Under the pieces are notes generated by a model. It was given only the letters and a program-made list of their open reading frames with translations, was not told the origin of the DNA and ran no database searches. Positions 39,804 through 49,992 of a stretch of DNA of 64,000 nt are shown here, piece after piece. The translations under genes were made by a program, and so were the position numbers. Each line of letters starts with the position of its first letter. Position 1 is the first letter of the stretch. This stretch comes from Clostridia bacterium (GTDB lineage Bacteria > Bacillota > Clostridia > Christensenellales > CAAEEZ01). The stretch lies in NCBI GenBank assembly GCA_900755035.1, contig CAAEEZ010000016.1, forward strand, positions 89,058-153,057. Reading direction: 5' to 3'.

Positions 39804-40901
39804 TTATTTACTAAGGTTACTTACTACTCCTTTATTTACGTTGTATACCGTTTTTTCAGCGTCCACGTTTTCTTCGTACTCGGTTGCCGTTATTATCGTT
39901 TGTTCTTTTGACGCAATTTTTATCAGTTGCTCCCTTCTATTTTTGTCAAGTTCGCTTAAAACGTCGTCTAGTAGTAATATAGGGCTTTCTCCCGTTTTTT
40001 CATAAAATAAATCTATTTCGGCAAGTTTTAACGCTAGCGCCGTGCTTCGTTGCTGACCTTGCGAGCCGTACTTTCTTACGTCGACGCCGTTTACTTCTAT
40101 TCGTAAATCGTCTCGATGCACACCACTTGACGTATATGTTAGTTTTAAGTCTTTTTCTCTGTCTTCTTTAAGTACTTGCAAAAACTCTTCTACGGGGCTA
40201 TTACTACTCGTATTTACTCTCGTTTCGTAAAAAAGATTAACGTTCTCTTTACCGTCCGTTAATTCAAGCATTTTTTTGCTTGCAATAACCTCTAAATCTT
40301 TCAAAAATTTTTCTCTTTTATCGGCAATAAGAACGGCTTTTTTACTTAACTCATTATCCCAAATTTCTAGCATATTTTCTATGCCTTTACTGCCGTAATA
40401 ATCCTTTAATAATTTGTTTCTCTGCCCGAGAATTTTGTTATATTGCACTAAATTATAGTAATAATTTTTGTCTTGCTGAGATAGACTTATATCCATAAAT
40501 CTACGTCTTTCAAGGGGCGTTTCTTTTATAAATTTCATCTCCTCGGGTGAAAACAACACCACTTTAAGCACGCCTATTAGTTCGCCTATTTTCGTAATTG
40601 GAATTTTATTTATAATTATCTTTTTCTGCCCTTTTTCGTCAATTTGCATCTCTATCGTATGAGTTCTATATTTTTTTTCAATAACTATTTTAAGGTAGGC
40701 GCTACTCTCCCCCCATTTTACAAGTTCCTTATCTTTTGACGTCTTAAAAGACTTACCCACTCCTAGATAGTACACGCTTTCAAGTAAATTCGTTTTACCA
40801 CTAGCGTTTTCTCCTATAAAAATATTTAGTTTAGGAGATAAATTCAAGGCAAGTTTTTCGTAATTTCTAAAATTATTAAGTTCTAACTCTACGATTCTCA
40901 T
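39804..40901 (-). CDS. recF: DNA replication and repair protein RecF
   Basis: 365 aa. Motifs NFRNYEKL...FIGENASGKTNLLESVYYL (Walker A), the signature SQGQQRS and LLLDDVLSELD. Confidence 0.95.
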   Translation of the reverse strand: MRIVELELNNFRNYEKLALNLSPKLNIFIGENASGKTNLLESVYYLGVGKSFKTSKDKELVKWGESSAYLKIVIEKKYRTHTIEMQIDEKGQKKIIINKIPITKIGELIGVLKVVLFSPEEMKFIKETPLERRRFMDISLSQQDKNYYYNLVQYNKILGQRNKLLKDYYGSKGIENMLEIWDNELSKKAVLIADKREKFLKDLEVIASKKMLELTDGKENVNLFYETRVNTSSNSPVEEFLQVLKEDREKDLKLTYTSSGVHRDDLRIEVNGVDVRKYGSQGQQRSTALALKLAEIDLFYEKTGESPILLLDDVLSELDKNRREQLIKIASKEQTIITATEYEENVDAEKTVYNVNKGVVSNLSK

Positions 40902-41017
40902 TACTTAAAATTATACACCATTTTAGAGTTTTTTACAATTTATATATTAATAATTATATTATAAGATTATTATGGTTTTTTATTGAAATTTTTGCCTATT
41001 TATAGTATTATAAATGT

Positions 41018-42376
41018 ATGATAAATATAAATAGTCTTTGGACGGAAACATTACAAGAATTATCCACCAAAATGCTAGCAGTCAGCTACGAAGTATGGAT
41101 AGAAAAATTAAAACCATTATTTATTTATAATTCGCAACTCGTTTTAGTTGCGCCAAATCCAAGCGCAAAAAAATTAGTCATTAAAGAATATCAAGACACA
41201 ATAAATAAGGCGCTAGAAAAGGTAAACAAAACTATAAAAGGCGCTATTATCATTATCGAAGACGAAAAAGATAACTACAATCAAGACGAAGAGGTTGCCG
41301 TAAGTCAAGTTGAAAATGAAAAAGAATCTAACGACGACGGCTTTACTCCGTTTACCAAAAAATATACGTTTGATAATTTCGTCGTTGGTAAATCAAACGA
41401 ATTTGCTGCGGCAGCAGGTATTGCAGTTAGCGAAAACCCGGGCGAACAATACAACCCACTATTTATTTACGGTGGCGTTGGGCTTGGTAAAACGCACCTT
41501 ATGCACGCAATAGGCAATAAAATTAGAAAAACTAAGCCTTCGCTAAAAGTGAGATATATCACGTGCGAAACTTTCGTAAACGAATTCGTTGATTCTATAA
41601 AACAAAAAGCAAACACCAACGCAATGCGTGATTTTAACGAAAAATATCGTAGCGTTGACGTACTTATGATAGACGATATTCAGTTTATTGCAGGTAAACC
41701 CGGTTTTCAAGAAGGTATTTTCCATACCTTTAACGACCTATACCAAAACAACAAACAAATTATACTTACGTCCGATAGACCTCCAAAAGAGATAAACCCT
41801 CTTGAAGAAAGGCTAAGAACTAGGTTTGAGTGGGGACTTATAGTCGATATACAACCACCTGACCTTGAAACGAGAATTGCTATTTTGTCTAAAAAGGCAG
41901 AGCAACAAAATAAAGTATATTCGCTAGAATTACTTACTTTTATTGCTCAAAAAGTAGATAGCAATATTCGTGAAATGGAAGGGCTACTTTCAAGGGTAAT
42001 ATTCTACTCTGACCTAATTAAAAAGGATGCAACGATAAGTATTGCCGAAGAGGCGCTTCGTGATTACGTAGATACTAAAAAAGAAACTATAACGGCGTAC
42101 GACATAATAAATACCACGTGCAATTACTTTGGAATTACAAGCGACGACATAAAGGGTAAAAAAAGAAATAAAAACTTTATTATTCCTCGCCAAATTGCAA
42201 TCTATTTAATTACCGACCTACTTAATTTACCACTCGTTTCAATAGGCGAACTATTTGGCGGAAGAGACCATACGACAGTTATTCACGCAAGGGATAAAAT
42301 AGCCGAACAAATAAAAGTAGACACTAAACTAAAACTACAAGTAAGCGATATAAAAGATATGATATACAAACGTTAG
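41018..42376 (+). CDS. dnaA: Chromosomal replication initiator DnaA
   Basis: 452 aa. Motifs NPLFIYGGVGLGKTHLMHAIGN and DVLMIDDIQF, plus the C-terminal DNA-binding domain ...GGRDHTTVIHARDKI. Confidence 0.97.
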   Translation: MININSLWTETLQELSTKMLAVSYEVWIEKLKPLFIYNSQLVLVAPNPSAKKLVIKEYQDTINKALEKVNKTIKGAIIIIEDEKDNYNQDEEVAVSQVENEKESNDDGFTPFTKKYTFDNFVVGKSNEFAAAAGIAVSENPGEQYNPLFIYGGVGLGKTHLMHAIGNKIRKTKPSLKVRYITCETFVNEFVDSIKQKANTNAMRDFNEKYRSVDVLMIDDIQFIAGKPGFQEGIFHTFNDLYQNNKQIILTSDRPPKEINPLEERLRTRFEWGLIVDIQPPDLETRIAILSKKAEQQNKVYSLELLTFIAQKVDSNIREMEGLLSRVIFYSDLIKKDATISIAEEALRDYVDTKKETITAYDIINTTCNYFGITSDDIKGKKRNKNFIIPRQIAIYLITDLLNLPLVSIGELFGGRDHTTVIHARDKIAEQIKVDTKLKLQVSDIKDMIYKR

Positions 42377-42560
42377 TGGATAAGTTTTTTGAAATATGGA
42401 CAACTTGTGAAAAACTAACAAAAGTTATCCACACCATAAAATACTACTACTTGTATATAAATTTGGACTGACGTCTATATTTAGTATAAAATAAAAGTTA
42501 TCCACTTTATCCACAGTATTATTATTAGAACAATTATCTAAACAATATATATAACACGAA
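42375..42560. other. oriC-type module in the dnaA-dnaN spacer: four DnaA boxes, a trinucleotide run and an AT-rich unwinding tract
   Basis: Perfect TTATCCACA at 42425-42433 and 42507-42515. TTATCCACT at 42498-42506, directly abutting the latter box. AGTGGATAA (the inverted orientation, one mismatch) at 42375-42383. A TAT-TAT-TAT-TAG run at 42517-42528 is followed by an AT-rich stretch extending to the dnaN SD. Confidence 0.7.
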
Positions 42561-42575
42561 GGGGAAGGAGACATT

Positions 42576-43676
42576 ATGAAAATTATATGTAATGGAACAG
42601 AGTTAAGCGATGCTCTTAATAAAGTTGTAAAAGCAATGCCTGTAAAAAAGACTTTGCCTATCTTAGAAGGAATAAATCTTAAAACGGACGGCGATATTTT
42701 GGTTATTTCTGCTACCGATTTGAACCTATATATTCAAAAAAGGATAAATGCAGACGTACTTATCGACGGTGAAATTGTAGTGCCTGGTAAGTTTTTCTCG
42801 GAATTTATTAGAAAAATAAATTGCGACCAAATTACGCTAGACGCAACTGACGATGCAAAATTAAAAATATCTTACGGAGAAAACGAAACTTTCGTAAATC
42901 TATTAAACGTAGACGAATTTCCACCGTTTGAAATGGCAAGCGAAGACGTAACTTTTAATATGAAGAAAAAAGATATGAAAGAACTTGTAAATAAAGTAAG
43001 TTTCGCAGTTGCTACCGACGATTCTAGACCTATGCTTAAAGGCTGTTGCTTGGACGTAACTAAAAATTTGGTTACGGCTGTAGCGTCCGACGGATATAGG
43101 CTTGCTCTTGTAAATAAATCTATTGATTATAACGGTGGCGACATAAAAATAATAATACCACAAAGAGCAATAGTAGAAATTGTAAAACTTTTGGACGACG
43201 ACGAAGATTTTGTAAAGGTAAATATCGATAAAAATATGATTACCTTGGATATGTTCCACACAAAAATTGCTACCAAACTTATCGTTGGCGATTATATCAA
43301 TTATAGACGTATTATTCCTACCGCTTTTGAAAGCGAAATAAGCGTGGAAAAGAACGCTTTTGACCAAGGTATCGAAAGGGCTGGAATTATATCAAGAGAA
43401 GGCAATAACACCGTTATTTTGGACGTAAAGGAAGACGTACTTACTATTGATTCAAAATCGGAAATAGGTACTATTAAAGAGAATATTAAAATAAAACTAG
43501 AAGGAAAGGATATAAAGATAGGCTTTAACGTAAAATATATATCCGATTGCTTGAAAAACATTAACGACGAGTTTATATCAATTAACTGCAATAGCCCGTC
43601 CGTTCCTGTAATAATAAAGCAAGTAGATCCTGACAAACTAGATTATTTATTCCTTGTATTACCTGTAAGAATTTAA
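42576..43676 (+). CDS. dnaN: DNA polymerase III beta sliding clamp
   Basis: 366 aa. N-terminus MKIICNGTELSDALNKVVKAMPVKKTLPILEGINL and the typical three-domain length. AAGGAG lies before the ATG. Confidence 0.95.
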   Translation: MKIICNGTELSDALNKVVKAMPVKKTLPILEGINLKTDGDILVISATDLNLYIQKRINADVLIDGEIVVPGKFFSEFIRKINCDQITLDATDDAKLKISYGENETFVNLLNVDEFPPFEMASEDVTFNMKKKDMKELVNKVSFAVATDDSRPMLKGCCLDVTKNLVTAVASDGYRLALVNKSIDYNGGDIKIIIPQRAIVEIVKLLDDDEDFVKVNIDKNMITLDMFHTKIATKLIVGDYINYRRIIPTAFESEISVEKNAFDQGIERAGIISREGNNTVILDVKEDVLTIDSKSEIGTIKENIKIKLEGKDIKIGFNVKYISDCLKNINDEFISINCNSPSVPVIIKQVDPDKLDYLFLVLPVRI

Positions 43677-43694
43677 TATTGATAAATAAAAAAA

Positions 43695-43717
43695 AGGGAG
43701 CAACTGCTCTCTTTTTT
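43695..43717 (+). terminator. Intrinsic terminator downstream of dnaN
   Basis: AGGGAGC-AACT-GCTCTCT followed by TTTTT. Confidence 0.6.
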
Positions 43718-43942
43718 ATTTATAAAATTACCATACGTTATTTATATATTTTAACGTTATAAAACTGTTAAAATTTTTAATACGTTATTAAAATTTACAT
43801 TTTTTATTACGTGGTGACGTCGTTAAAATACTAATTAATATCATTTCTTTTATATGTAACAGGTGTTTATTTATTTTTTTGCTTCTTTAATACGTTTTTA
43901 TACGTTTGTTTTGAAGTCATAATATACCTATTAAGTTATTTA

Positions 43943-44443
43943 TTATTTTTCTATTTTTAAGTTATAATTAGGATTCCAAAAAATTAAATTAACTACGTAA
44001 CCGTTTTTATTTAGTTTATTATAAAACTCTTTATGTTTAAAAATAAAATAAAACGAATCGTTATAGTTACTATCTATTTTGTGTTTTTCAAATTTTTTAC
44101 TACCATACCACTCCCCGTTTTTATCTTCTATATAACCACAACAAACATTATTTTCTAGAATATTTTTTATTGTATCAATAAGATACTCGTATTCTGTTTG
44201 ATATGGTAAATAATGAGTGTGAAGATTATTAAAATATAAAGTAAATTCTCCCATATCACCAACGTTTATAGTAAGATTATTATCACTATAAGGGTTAAAA
44301 AATACGATACATTTATAGTCGTCTTCCATAATCCACTCGTATCCTTTATCTAAATTAGAGAATATTTTAGGATTATAATCCTTAAATAAAGAGATTATTT
44401 CGTCGATTTTTTCAAGTGGATTAATTGATATATTTTTTTTCAT
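43943..44443 (-). CDS. Hypothetical cytoplasmic protein (orphan, very AT-rich gene)
   Basis: 166 aa with no TM or signal peptide, rich in N/Y/K. AAGGAGA lies before the ATG. It is flanked by 266 and 345 bp of very AT-rich spacer. I recognise no family. Confidence 0.55.
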   Translation of the reverse strand: MKKNISINPLEKIDEIISLFKDYNPKIFSNLDKGYEWIMEDDYKCIVFFNPYSDNNLTINVGDMGEFTLYFNNLHTHYLPYQTEYEYLIDTIKNILENNVCCGYIEDKNGEWYGSKKFEKHKIDSNYNDSFYFIFKHKEFYNKLNKNGYVVNLIFWNPNYNLKIEK

Positions 44444-44788
44444 AATAAAGTCTCCTTTATTTAATTATACAATAAATAAACAAACGAATAAATATTAAAA
44501 AGTATCATAAATAAAACAAGTTTATAGTTTTATTAGATATTATTTATTATTTTATATATAACATATAGATAATATTATTAAAAAACAATTTTATAATTAT
44601 AACGTTATATTGTAAAAATAAATAACGATAAAGTTAGAAACCTCAGTAAATACTATATATTAAGGCTAAAATTTTTTTCACTAAGTAGTAACGAATAATA
44701 TAATTAAATAAAAATATTATAAAAAATAAACGTTAAAACAACTAAAATAAAAATGCGACTATAAGTAAATCTTATAATCGCATATATT

Positions 44789-44864
44789 TGGCACCCTTAG
44801 CGGGGTTCGAACCCGCGATACCGGCGTGAGAGGCCAGCGTCCTAGACCGCTAGACTATAAGGGC
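44789..44864 (-). tRNA. tRNA-Glu (anticodon CTC), CCA encoded
   Basis: GCCCTTATAGTCTAGCGGTCTAGGACGCTGGCCTCTCACGCCGGTATCGCGGGTTCGAACCCCGCTAAGGGTGCCA. Folds as a cloverleaf with a G1-U72 pair and anticodon loop CTCTCAC. Confidence 0.8.
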
Positions 44865-44941
44865 ACGTCCAACGATAAATAATATATCATAAAAAAGGCA
44901 TGTTTTCAACTATTTTTAGGCTGTTTTAATAAAATTTTTAT

Positions 44942-45949
44942 TTACGCTTTAATTTCTATAAAAACAAAGTCTTTATTATTTTGTTTATATGCGTCTAATA
45001 AATCACTTGGAACGCTAATTTTAAGCTCCTTACTACAATTCTTAAACACGTTATCTAATTTAAGAACAGTGGTAGAATTAAGAGTAACGGATTTAAGTTT
45101 GGTGCAGTCGATAAAAGCGTTTCTATATAAATTAGTAACGGACGAAGGAATATTTATTGATTCTATACTGCTTGCAGCAAAAGCCCCTTCACCGATTTCT
45201 TTAAGCGAAGAATTATTTTCAAAGGTTACAACCTTTAATTTTCCGTTATAAGCAAACGCCTGCTTATTTATTTTAGTTACCGAGTGTGGTATAGTTATAC
45301 TTTCAATACTACCGCATAGCGTTAAAAAACGAGCAGGTATAACGTTTGTATTTGGTAAAATCACGCTTGTAAGATTTGAGCAAGCGGTAATTTTAACTTT
45401 TTCAATACTTAGTAGTTTAGATAAATCTATACTTTTGATATTATCGCACGTAATATATAAATTATCTACTATAACGTTGTCCATAAAAGACAAAGAATTA
45501 AGCCAAGAGTAACTAATTGAATTTATATTTACGTTTTTTACGTTATACGTTTTTCCGTTTACAGAAAGCGTGTTTGGAATAACGACGTCGTGATTTTGCG
45601 GGCAGTTTAATAGATTAGTAATAGTTAAGGTATCGTCGTCGTTAATAGTATAATCAAAAATACCTTTTCTAAATTTTGCGTATAAAGTAAGGTTTTTAGT
45701 AGGTTTTACGGGGAAAACTACGGGATTGCCACTGAAATCTTCGTTGTAGTACCAATTTTCAAAATAGTAATCTTTTTTTGAAGTAATAGGTTTTTTACTT
45801 AAAAAAGACGTGGTAACGCTTTCAACTGTCGTTCCACCGTTTACTTCAAAAGTAATAGTATATTTTATCTCTTCCTGATTGTTACAGCCTGCAAAACAAA
45901 AAGCGACGGTAATTAAAGTAAACAATAATAATATAAGTTTTTTCTTCAT
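44942..45949 (-). CDS. Surface lipoprotein with a Listeria-Bacteroides (Flg_new) repeat and BspA-type leucine-rich repeats
   Basis: Lipobox FCFAGCN. YTITFEVNGGTTV...YYFENWYYNEDFSGNPV...LTLYAKF is an Flg_new-like repeat. Repeating ~22-25 aa LRR_5 units follow (SIESITIPHSVTKINKQAFAYNGKLKVVTF..., SIESINIPSSVTNLYRNAFIDCTKLKSVTL). Confidence 0.75.
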   Translation of the reverse strand: MKKKLILLLFTLITVAFCFAGCNNQEEIKYTITFEVNGGTTVESVTTSFLSKKPITSKKDYYFENWYYNEDFSGNPVVFPVKPTKNLTLYAKFRKGIFDYTINDDDTLTITNLLNCPQNHDVVIPNTLSVNGKTYNVKNVNINSISYSWLNSLSFMDNVIVDNLYITCDNIKSIDLSKLLSIEKVKITACSNLTSVILPNTNVIPARFLTLCGSIESITIPHSVTKINKQAFAYNGKLKVVTFENNSSLKEIGEGAFAASSIESINIPSSVTNLYRNAFIDCTKLKSVTLNSTTVLKLDNVFKNCSKELKISVPSDLLDAYKQNNKDFVFIEIKA

Positions 45950-46046
45950 AGTATCCTCGTAAATTCTTGTAAATATATTATATCACAAAACTGAAAATTT
46001 ACAAAAACGATAAATAAAAAACTCTCGCAAAGCAAGAGTTTTGATA

Positions 46047-46949
46047 TTAGACTTCTCTATTTATATCCTTTCTAAGTTTTTCGATTATGTCGTAGATACG
46101 TTGCAAATCGTCCTCGTTGTAATAATCTATGTAAATTCTACCTTTTTGGTTGTTTCCAAGTGCTTTTACTTTCGTTCCAAAAATACGCTTCATATCGTTT
46201 ATAAGTTCCTTAACTTCCTTCGATTGAGCCTCTTTTTTTCTTGGTCCTTGCGGAATAAGTTTCCTATTAAAGAAAAGTTTTACCTGGGTTTCAAGTTGGC
46301 GAACACTCATTTTATTATCAGCGGCTTGCTCTGCAAGTTTTACTTGGAAAGCCTTGTCGTCAACTACTACTAGCGCCCTTGCGTGGCCTGCTGATAGTCT
46401 ACCCTCTCTTACCATATCAATTACAGGTTTTTCAAGGGTTAGTAGACGTAAAGTATTAGTAATTCCCGGTCTACTTTTGCCTATTTTAGACGCAACTTGC
46501 TCTTGGGTAAGGTTGTGGCTAACCATTAGTTCTTGAATAGCCTCAGCCGCTTCTATTGGGTTTAAGTCCTCCCTTTGCAAGTTTTCGATAAGCGCAATTT
46601 CTTGTACTTCTTGGTTGGTCAGTTCTTTAATTACGGCAGGAACGACGGTTAGACCTGCAAGTTTTGCTGCTCTAAACCTTCTTTCGCCCGCAATTATTAG
46701 ATATCTTTCGCCCGTTTGAAGAAGAATAAGCGGTTGGATAATGCCGTAATGCTTAATAGACTCCGCCAAATCTTTAAGGGCGTCCTCGTCAAAATATTTT
46801 CTTGGTTGGTTAGGGTTGGTATCTATCAAATTGATATCAACGTCGTCTAATTGTTTTTTAATAATGGTTTTGGTTTCGATAAAGTCGTCGTCTAAAATGT
46901 CGCTAAATAATGCGTTAAGACCTTTTCCTAGTGGATTTTTTTCAGACAT
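46047..46949 (-). CDS. parB: Chromosome partitioning protein ParB/Spo0J
   Basis: 300 aa. Motifs NPNQPRKYFDEDALKDLAESIKHYGIIQPL and the GERRFRAAKLAG box, followed by an HTH. Confidence 0.95.
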   Translation of the reverse strand: MSEKNPLGKGLNALFSDILDDDFIETKTIIKKQLDDVDINLIDTNPNQPRKYFDEDALKDLAESIKHYGIIQPLILLQTGERYLIIAGERRFRAAKLAGLTVVPAVIKELTNQEVQEIALIENLQREDLNPIEAAEAIQELMVSHNLTQEQVASKIGKSRPGITNTLRLLTLEKPVIDMVREGRLSAGHARALVVVDDKAFQVKLAEQAADNKMSVRQLETQVKLFFNRKLIPQGPRKKEAQSKEVKELINDMKRIFGTKVKALGNNQKGRIYIDYYNEDDLQRIYDIIEKLRKDINREV

Positions 46950-46957
46950 AGTTCACC

Positions 46958-47737
46958 TCAGTTTTTTGCTTGACGTTTAATAAATTCTATAGTTAGTTTA
47001 GTATAAGCAATAGCACCGTTGCAAGATTTATCGTACACTACGATAGGTTTTCCGTAACTTGGCGCTTCTGCTAGTTTTACGTTTCGTGGAATTTTGGTTT
47101 CGTACACAACGTTGCCGAAGAATTTTCGTATTTCGTCTTCTACTTGGAAAGAAAGTTTCGACCTACTGTCGAACATAGTTAGTACAACTCCCTCTATTTC
47201 CAAATCTTTGTTAAGGAATTTTTTAACTATACGAACGGTATTTATCAGTTGCGACAAACCTTCAAGCGCATAAAATTCGCATTGAATAGGAATTATTAGT
47301 GAATCGCTTGCGGTAAGAGAGTTTAACGTAAGTAGTCCAAGAGAAGGCGGACAATCCAAAACTATGTAGTCGAACATATCTTTTACAGGGGCAATTTTTT
47401 GTTTTAAGATTTTCTCTCTGCCCTTTTCTATTCCTGCAAGTTCTATTTCAGCGCCCGCTAGGTCTATATTAGAAGGCAAAATAGACAAATTAGGAACGGA
47501 AGTTTCCTGTAAAACGCCGTCGTCTAAAATAGATTTGTCAGTACATAATAAATTGTATACCGAGAAGGAATTTTTGGATTTTTTTGCGCCAAGACCACTA
47601 CTTGCGTTGCCTTGTGGGTCCATGTCGATTAAAAGAACCTTTTTACCTGCAATAGCAAGGTATGCAGCAACGTTTACGCAGGTAGTCGTTTTACCAACGC
47701 CACCTTTTTGGTTGGTGAAAGTGATAATTTTTCCCAT
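46958..47737 (-). CDS. parA: Chromosome partitioning ATPase ParA/Soj
   Basis: 259 aa. Deviant Walker A NQKGGVGKTTT, plus DMDPQGNAS and DCPPSL. Confidence 0.95.
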   Translation of the reverse strand: MGKIITFTNQKGGVGKTTTCVNVAAYLAIAGKKVLLIDMDPQGNASSGLGAKKSKNSFSVYNLLCTDKSILDDGVLQETSVPNLSILPSNIDLAGAEIELAGIEKGREKILKQKIAPVKDMFDYIVLDCPPSLGLLTLNSLTASDSLIIPIQCEFYALEGLSQLINTVRIVKKFLNKDLEIEGVVLTMFDSRSKLSFQVEDEIRKFFGNVVYETKIPRNVKLAEAPSYGKPIVVYDKSCNGAIAYTKLTIEFIKRQAKN

Positions 47738-47869
47738 TAAAACCTCTTACTTTTGATTTACTATATATAATTATATCATTTTTTAGAATAAAATAAAGCA
47801 AAAAATACCATCTAACTATTTTTATTTCATTTATATTAAAAAAATAGCAAAAATTATTAACATTATTGA

Positions 47870-48565
47870 TTATAGAGGGCTTAATTTCGGCTTGTTTTTA
47901 TCCCTTGGATATAACTTATCTGTTTTTGCCTCTTTTTTAATAACGACAAGCGTTCTATTGTAGTCTGTTTCAGGCAAAGTAAACTTGTCTATCTCTATAA
48001 TTTTAGCGTGCAATTTAGATAGTGCGTATTTAGCGTTTGCAATTTCTTCGTCGGCGTTGCCTTTGTATGCTACGAAAATGCCACCGACTTTAAGAAGTGG
48101 AACGGCGTACTCGATAAGGGTATTAAGCGATGCAACTGCCCTTGCAACCACCACGTCGAAACTCTCTCTAAAATCCTTTCTAGCAGCCTCTTCTGCCCGT
48201 AAATGATAGGCTTTTATACTGCTAAGCCCAAGCAAATTAACGGTGTCGTTTAGAAAAACCACCCTTTTATTTAGGCTGTCTATAAGTGTGAAATCAAGGT
48301 CTTGCCTAACTATTTTTAATGGTATACTAGGAAATCCTGCGCCTGCTCCAATATCGCAAACTTTTGCGTTTTCACCTATAAATTTTTGCCCTGCAATGCT
48401 ATCGATAATATGCTTGTCTACAAACTCATTTTCTTCCAAAATCGAGGTTAAATTGCAAGTTTGGTTGCGTAAAACTACGTTTTGGTAATATTTATTAAAA
48501 AGTTCGTTTTGGTTTTCGCTGATATTTATATCTAATTTAGACGCTTTTTCTATTAGTTTTTCCAT
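47870..48565 (-). CDS. rsmG: 16S rRNA (guanine527-N7)-methyltransferase RsmG (GidB)
   Basis: 231 aa. SAM motif DIGAGAGFPSIPLKI and the typical C-terminal RTLVVIKK. Confidence 0.92.
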   Translation of the reverse strand: MEKLIEKASKLDINISENQNELFNKYYQNVVLRNQTCNLTSILEENEFVDKHIIDSIAGQKFIGENAKVCDIGAGAGFPSIPLKIVRQDLDFTLIDSLNKRVVFLNDTVNLLGLSSIKAYHLRAEEAARKDFRESFDVVVARAVASLNTLIEYAVPLLKVGGIFVAYKGNADEEIANAKYALSKLHAKIIEIDKFTLPETDYNRTLVVIKKEAKTDKLYPRDKNKPKLSPL

Positions 48566-48654
48566 TATCTTTCCTTAAATTTTTTACTTTATATTATTAT
48601 ACCATTTATTTTTCGTTTTTACAAACTTGTGATATAATAAATCGTGAGGTAAAT

Positions 48655-49347
48655 ATGAAACGAATAGGAATAATAGTTGCTATGAAGTCCGAATTTGAGG
48701 CTTTGTACGACAAAATAGGCGAAAAACAAGAAAGTATACGAGTAGGCAGTAGAGAAATTTATCATTACGTAAACGGTAAACTTGATTTGTACGTTACCGA
48801 TACTGCCGAAGGTGAAATTGCAGCCACTATGATGACGCAATATTTAATCACGAAATTCGGCGTGGAAATGATACTTAATTTTGGGCTATGCGGTTCGCTA
48901 AAACCCGAGTACAAATGTAAGGACCTTGTGCTAGTAAAAGAAATGGTACACTTTGATTTTGATATCACAGCCCTAAATCCAGAAATGAAAGTTGGCGAGT
49001 ACCCAGATAGAGAAAGTATCTACTTTACAACCGACGAAACTCTAAGAAAAGAGGTGCTAAAACTAGAAAACATCAAGGAAGTTAGGGTTGCCTCGTCCGA
49101 CAAATTTATCGGCGAAGAAAGCAAAAAACAATGGCTTATCAGGGACTTTGACGCCGACGTTTGCGAAATGGAAAGTGCAGGTATAGTAATTACTAGCGAG
49201 GCAAACGAAGTGCCGTGCCTACTTATTAAATGTATATCGGATAACGCAAGCGACGATGCTAAATACGAATTTAGAGATATAGTTAAATCGGGCGTAAAAG
49301 AGTACGTAGACTTAATTATCAAACTGCTTAAAACTTTGCAAAATTAG
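48655..49347 (+). CDS. mtnN: 5'-methylthioadenosine/S-adenosylhomocysteine nucleosidase
   Basis: 230 aa. Motifs MKRIGIIVAMKSE, the GLCGSL loop, EMESAG and SDNA are signatures of the Pfs/MtnN family. Confidence 0.88.
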   Translation: MKRIGIIVAMKSEFEALYDKIGEKQESIRVGSREIYHYVNGKLDLYVTDTAEGEIAATMMTQYLITKFGVEMILNFGLCGSLKPEYKCKDLVLVKEMVHFDFDITALNPEMKVGEYPDRESIYFTTDETLRKEVLKLENIKEVRVASSDKFIGEESKKQWLIRDFDADVCEMESAGIVITSEANEVPCLLIKCISDNASDDAKYEFRDIVKSGVKEYVDLIIKLLKTLQN

Positions 49348-49357
49348 AGAGGATACT

Positions 49358-49792
49358 ATGGAAGAGTTAAAAAGAATTAAATCATTTACGATAGACCATA
49401 CCGTTCACAAGGAAGGTTTTTATTTGTCAGGAGTTGCAAACGGTATTTTCACCTACGATCTTAGGTTCAAAAAGCCAAACGGTGGCAGTTACGTTCCTAT
49501 TGATGCAATGCACACTATCGAACATTTGTTCGCAACCGTTGTAAGAAACAGCAACGTTCAAGACAAGGTAGTATATTTTGGACCTATGGGTTGCAGAACG
49601 GGTTTTTACCTATTGCTACTAGGTATAGATAAGGATGAAGCAAGGCAACTGACTATAAATTGTATGGAAAAATGTCTAGAACTTGACTATATTCCCGGTT
49701 GCTCCGAAATGGAGTGCGGTAACTACAAGGAGCACGACCTACAAAAAGCCAAGGAAGAAATACAAAAATATCTTAGTGTGCTAAAAGCATAG
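49358..49792 (+). CDS. luxS: S-ribosylhomocysteine lyase LuxS
   Basis: 144 aa. Metal motif HTIEHLFAT and GPMGCRTGFY...C. Adjacent to mtnN, forming an activated-methyl-cycle pair. Confidence 0.92.
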   Translation: MEELKRIKSFTIDHTVHKEGFYLSGVANGIFTYDLRFKKPNGGSYVPIDAMHTIEHLFATVVRNSNVQDKVVYFGPMGCRTGFYLLLLGIDKDEARQLTINCMEKCLELDYIPGCSEMECGNYKEHDLQKAKEEIQKYLSVLKA

Positions 49793-49941
49793 TACTAAAA
49801 GTTAGGTTATTTGCAAAGTTAAAAAAAGTTTTATTGAAAAAAACTTGTAAATTGCAAATATAATTTTACAATAATAATATAAGAAACAATTTTAGAAACG
49901 CAAGACGCTAATTAAAACTAAATATAAGTAAAAATACAATT

Positions 49942-49967
49942 AAAGACTACTTTCGTGGTCTTTTTTT
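49942..49967 (+). terminator. Intrinsic terminator downstream of luxS
   Basis: AAAGACTAC-TTTC-GTGGTCTTT followed by TTTT (one G-U pair). Confidence 0.6.
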
Positions 49968-49992
49968 GTTTTTAATTTACACGAAGCGTAAT

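Noticed and set aside
40902-41017. recF-dnaA divergent spacer as the upstream half of oriC
   Set aside because: It contains only a weak 7/9 box (TTATACACC) and no cluster. The convincing boxes are in the dnaA-dnaN spacer and at 50.8 kb.
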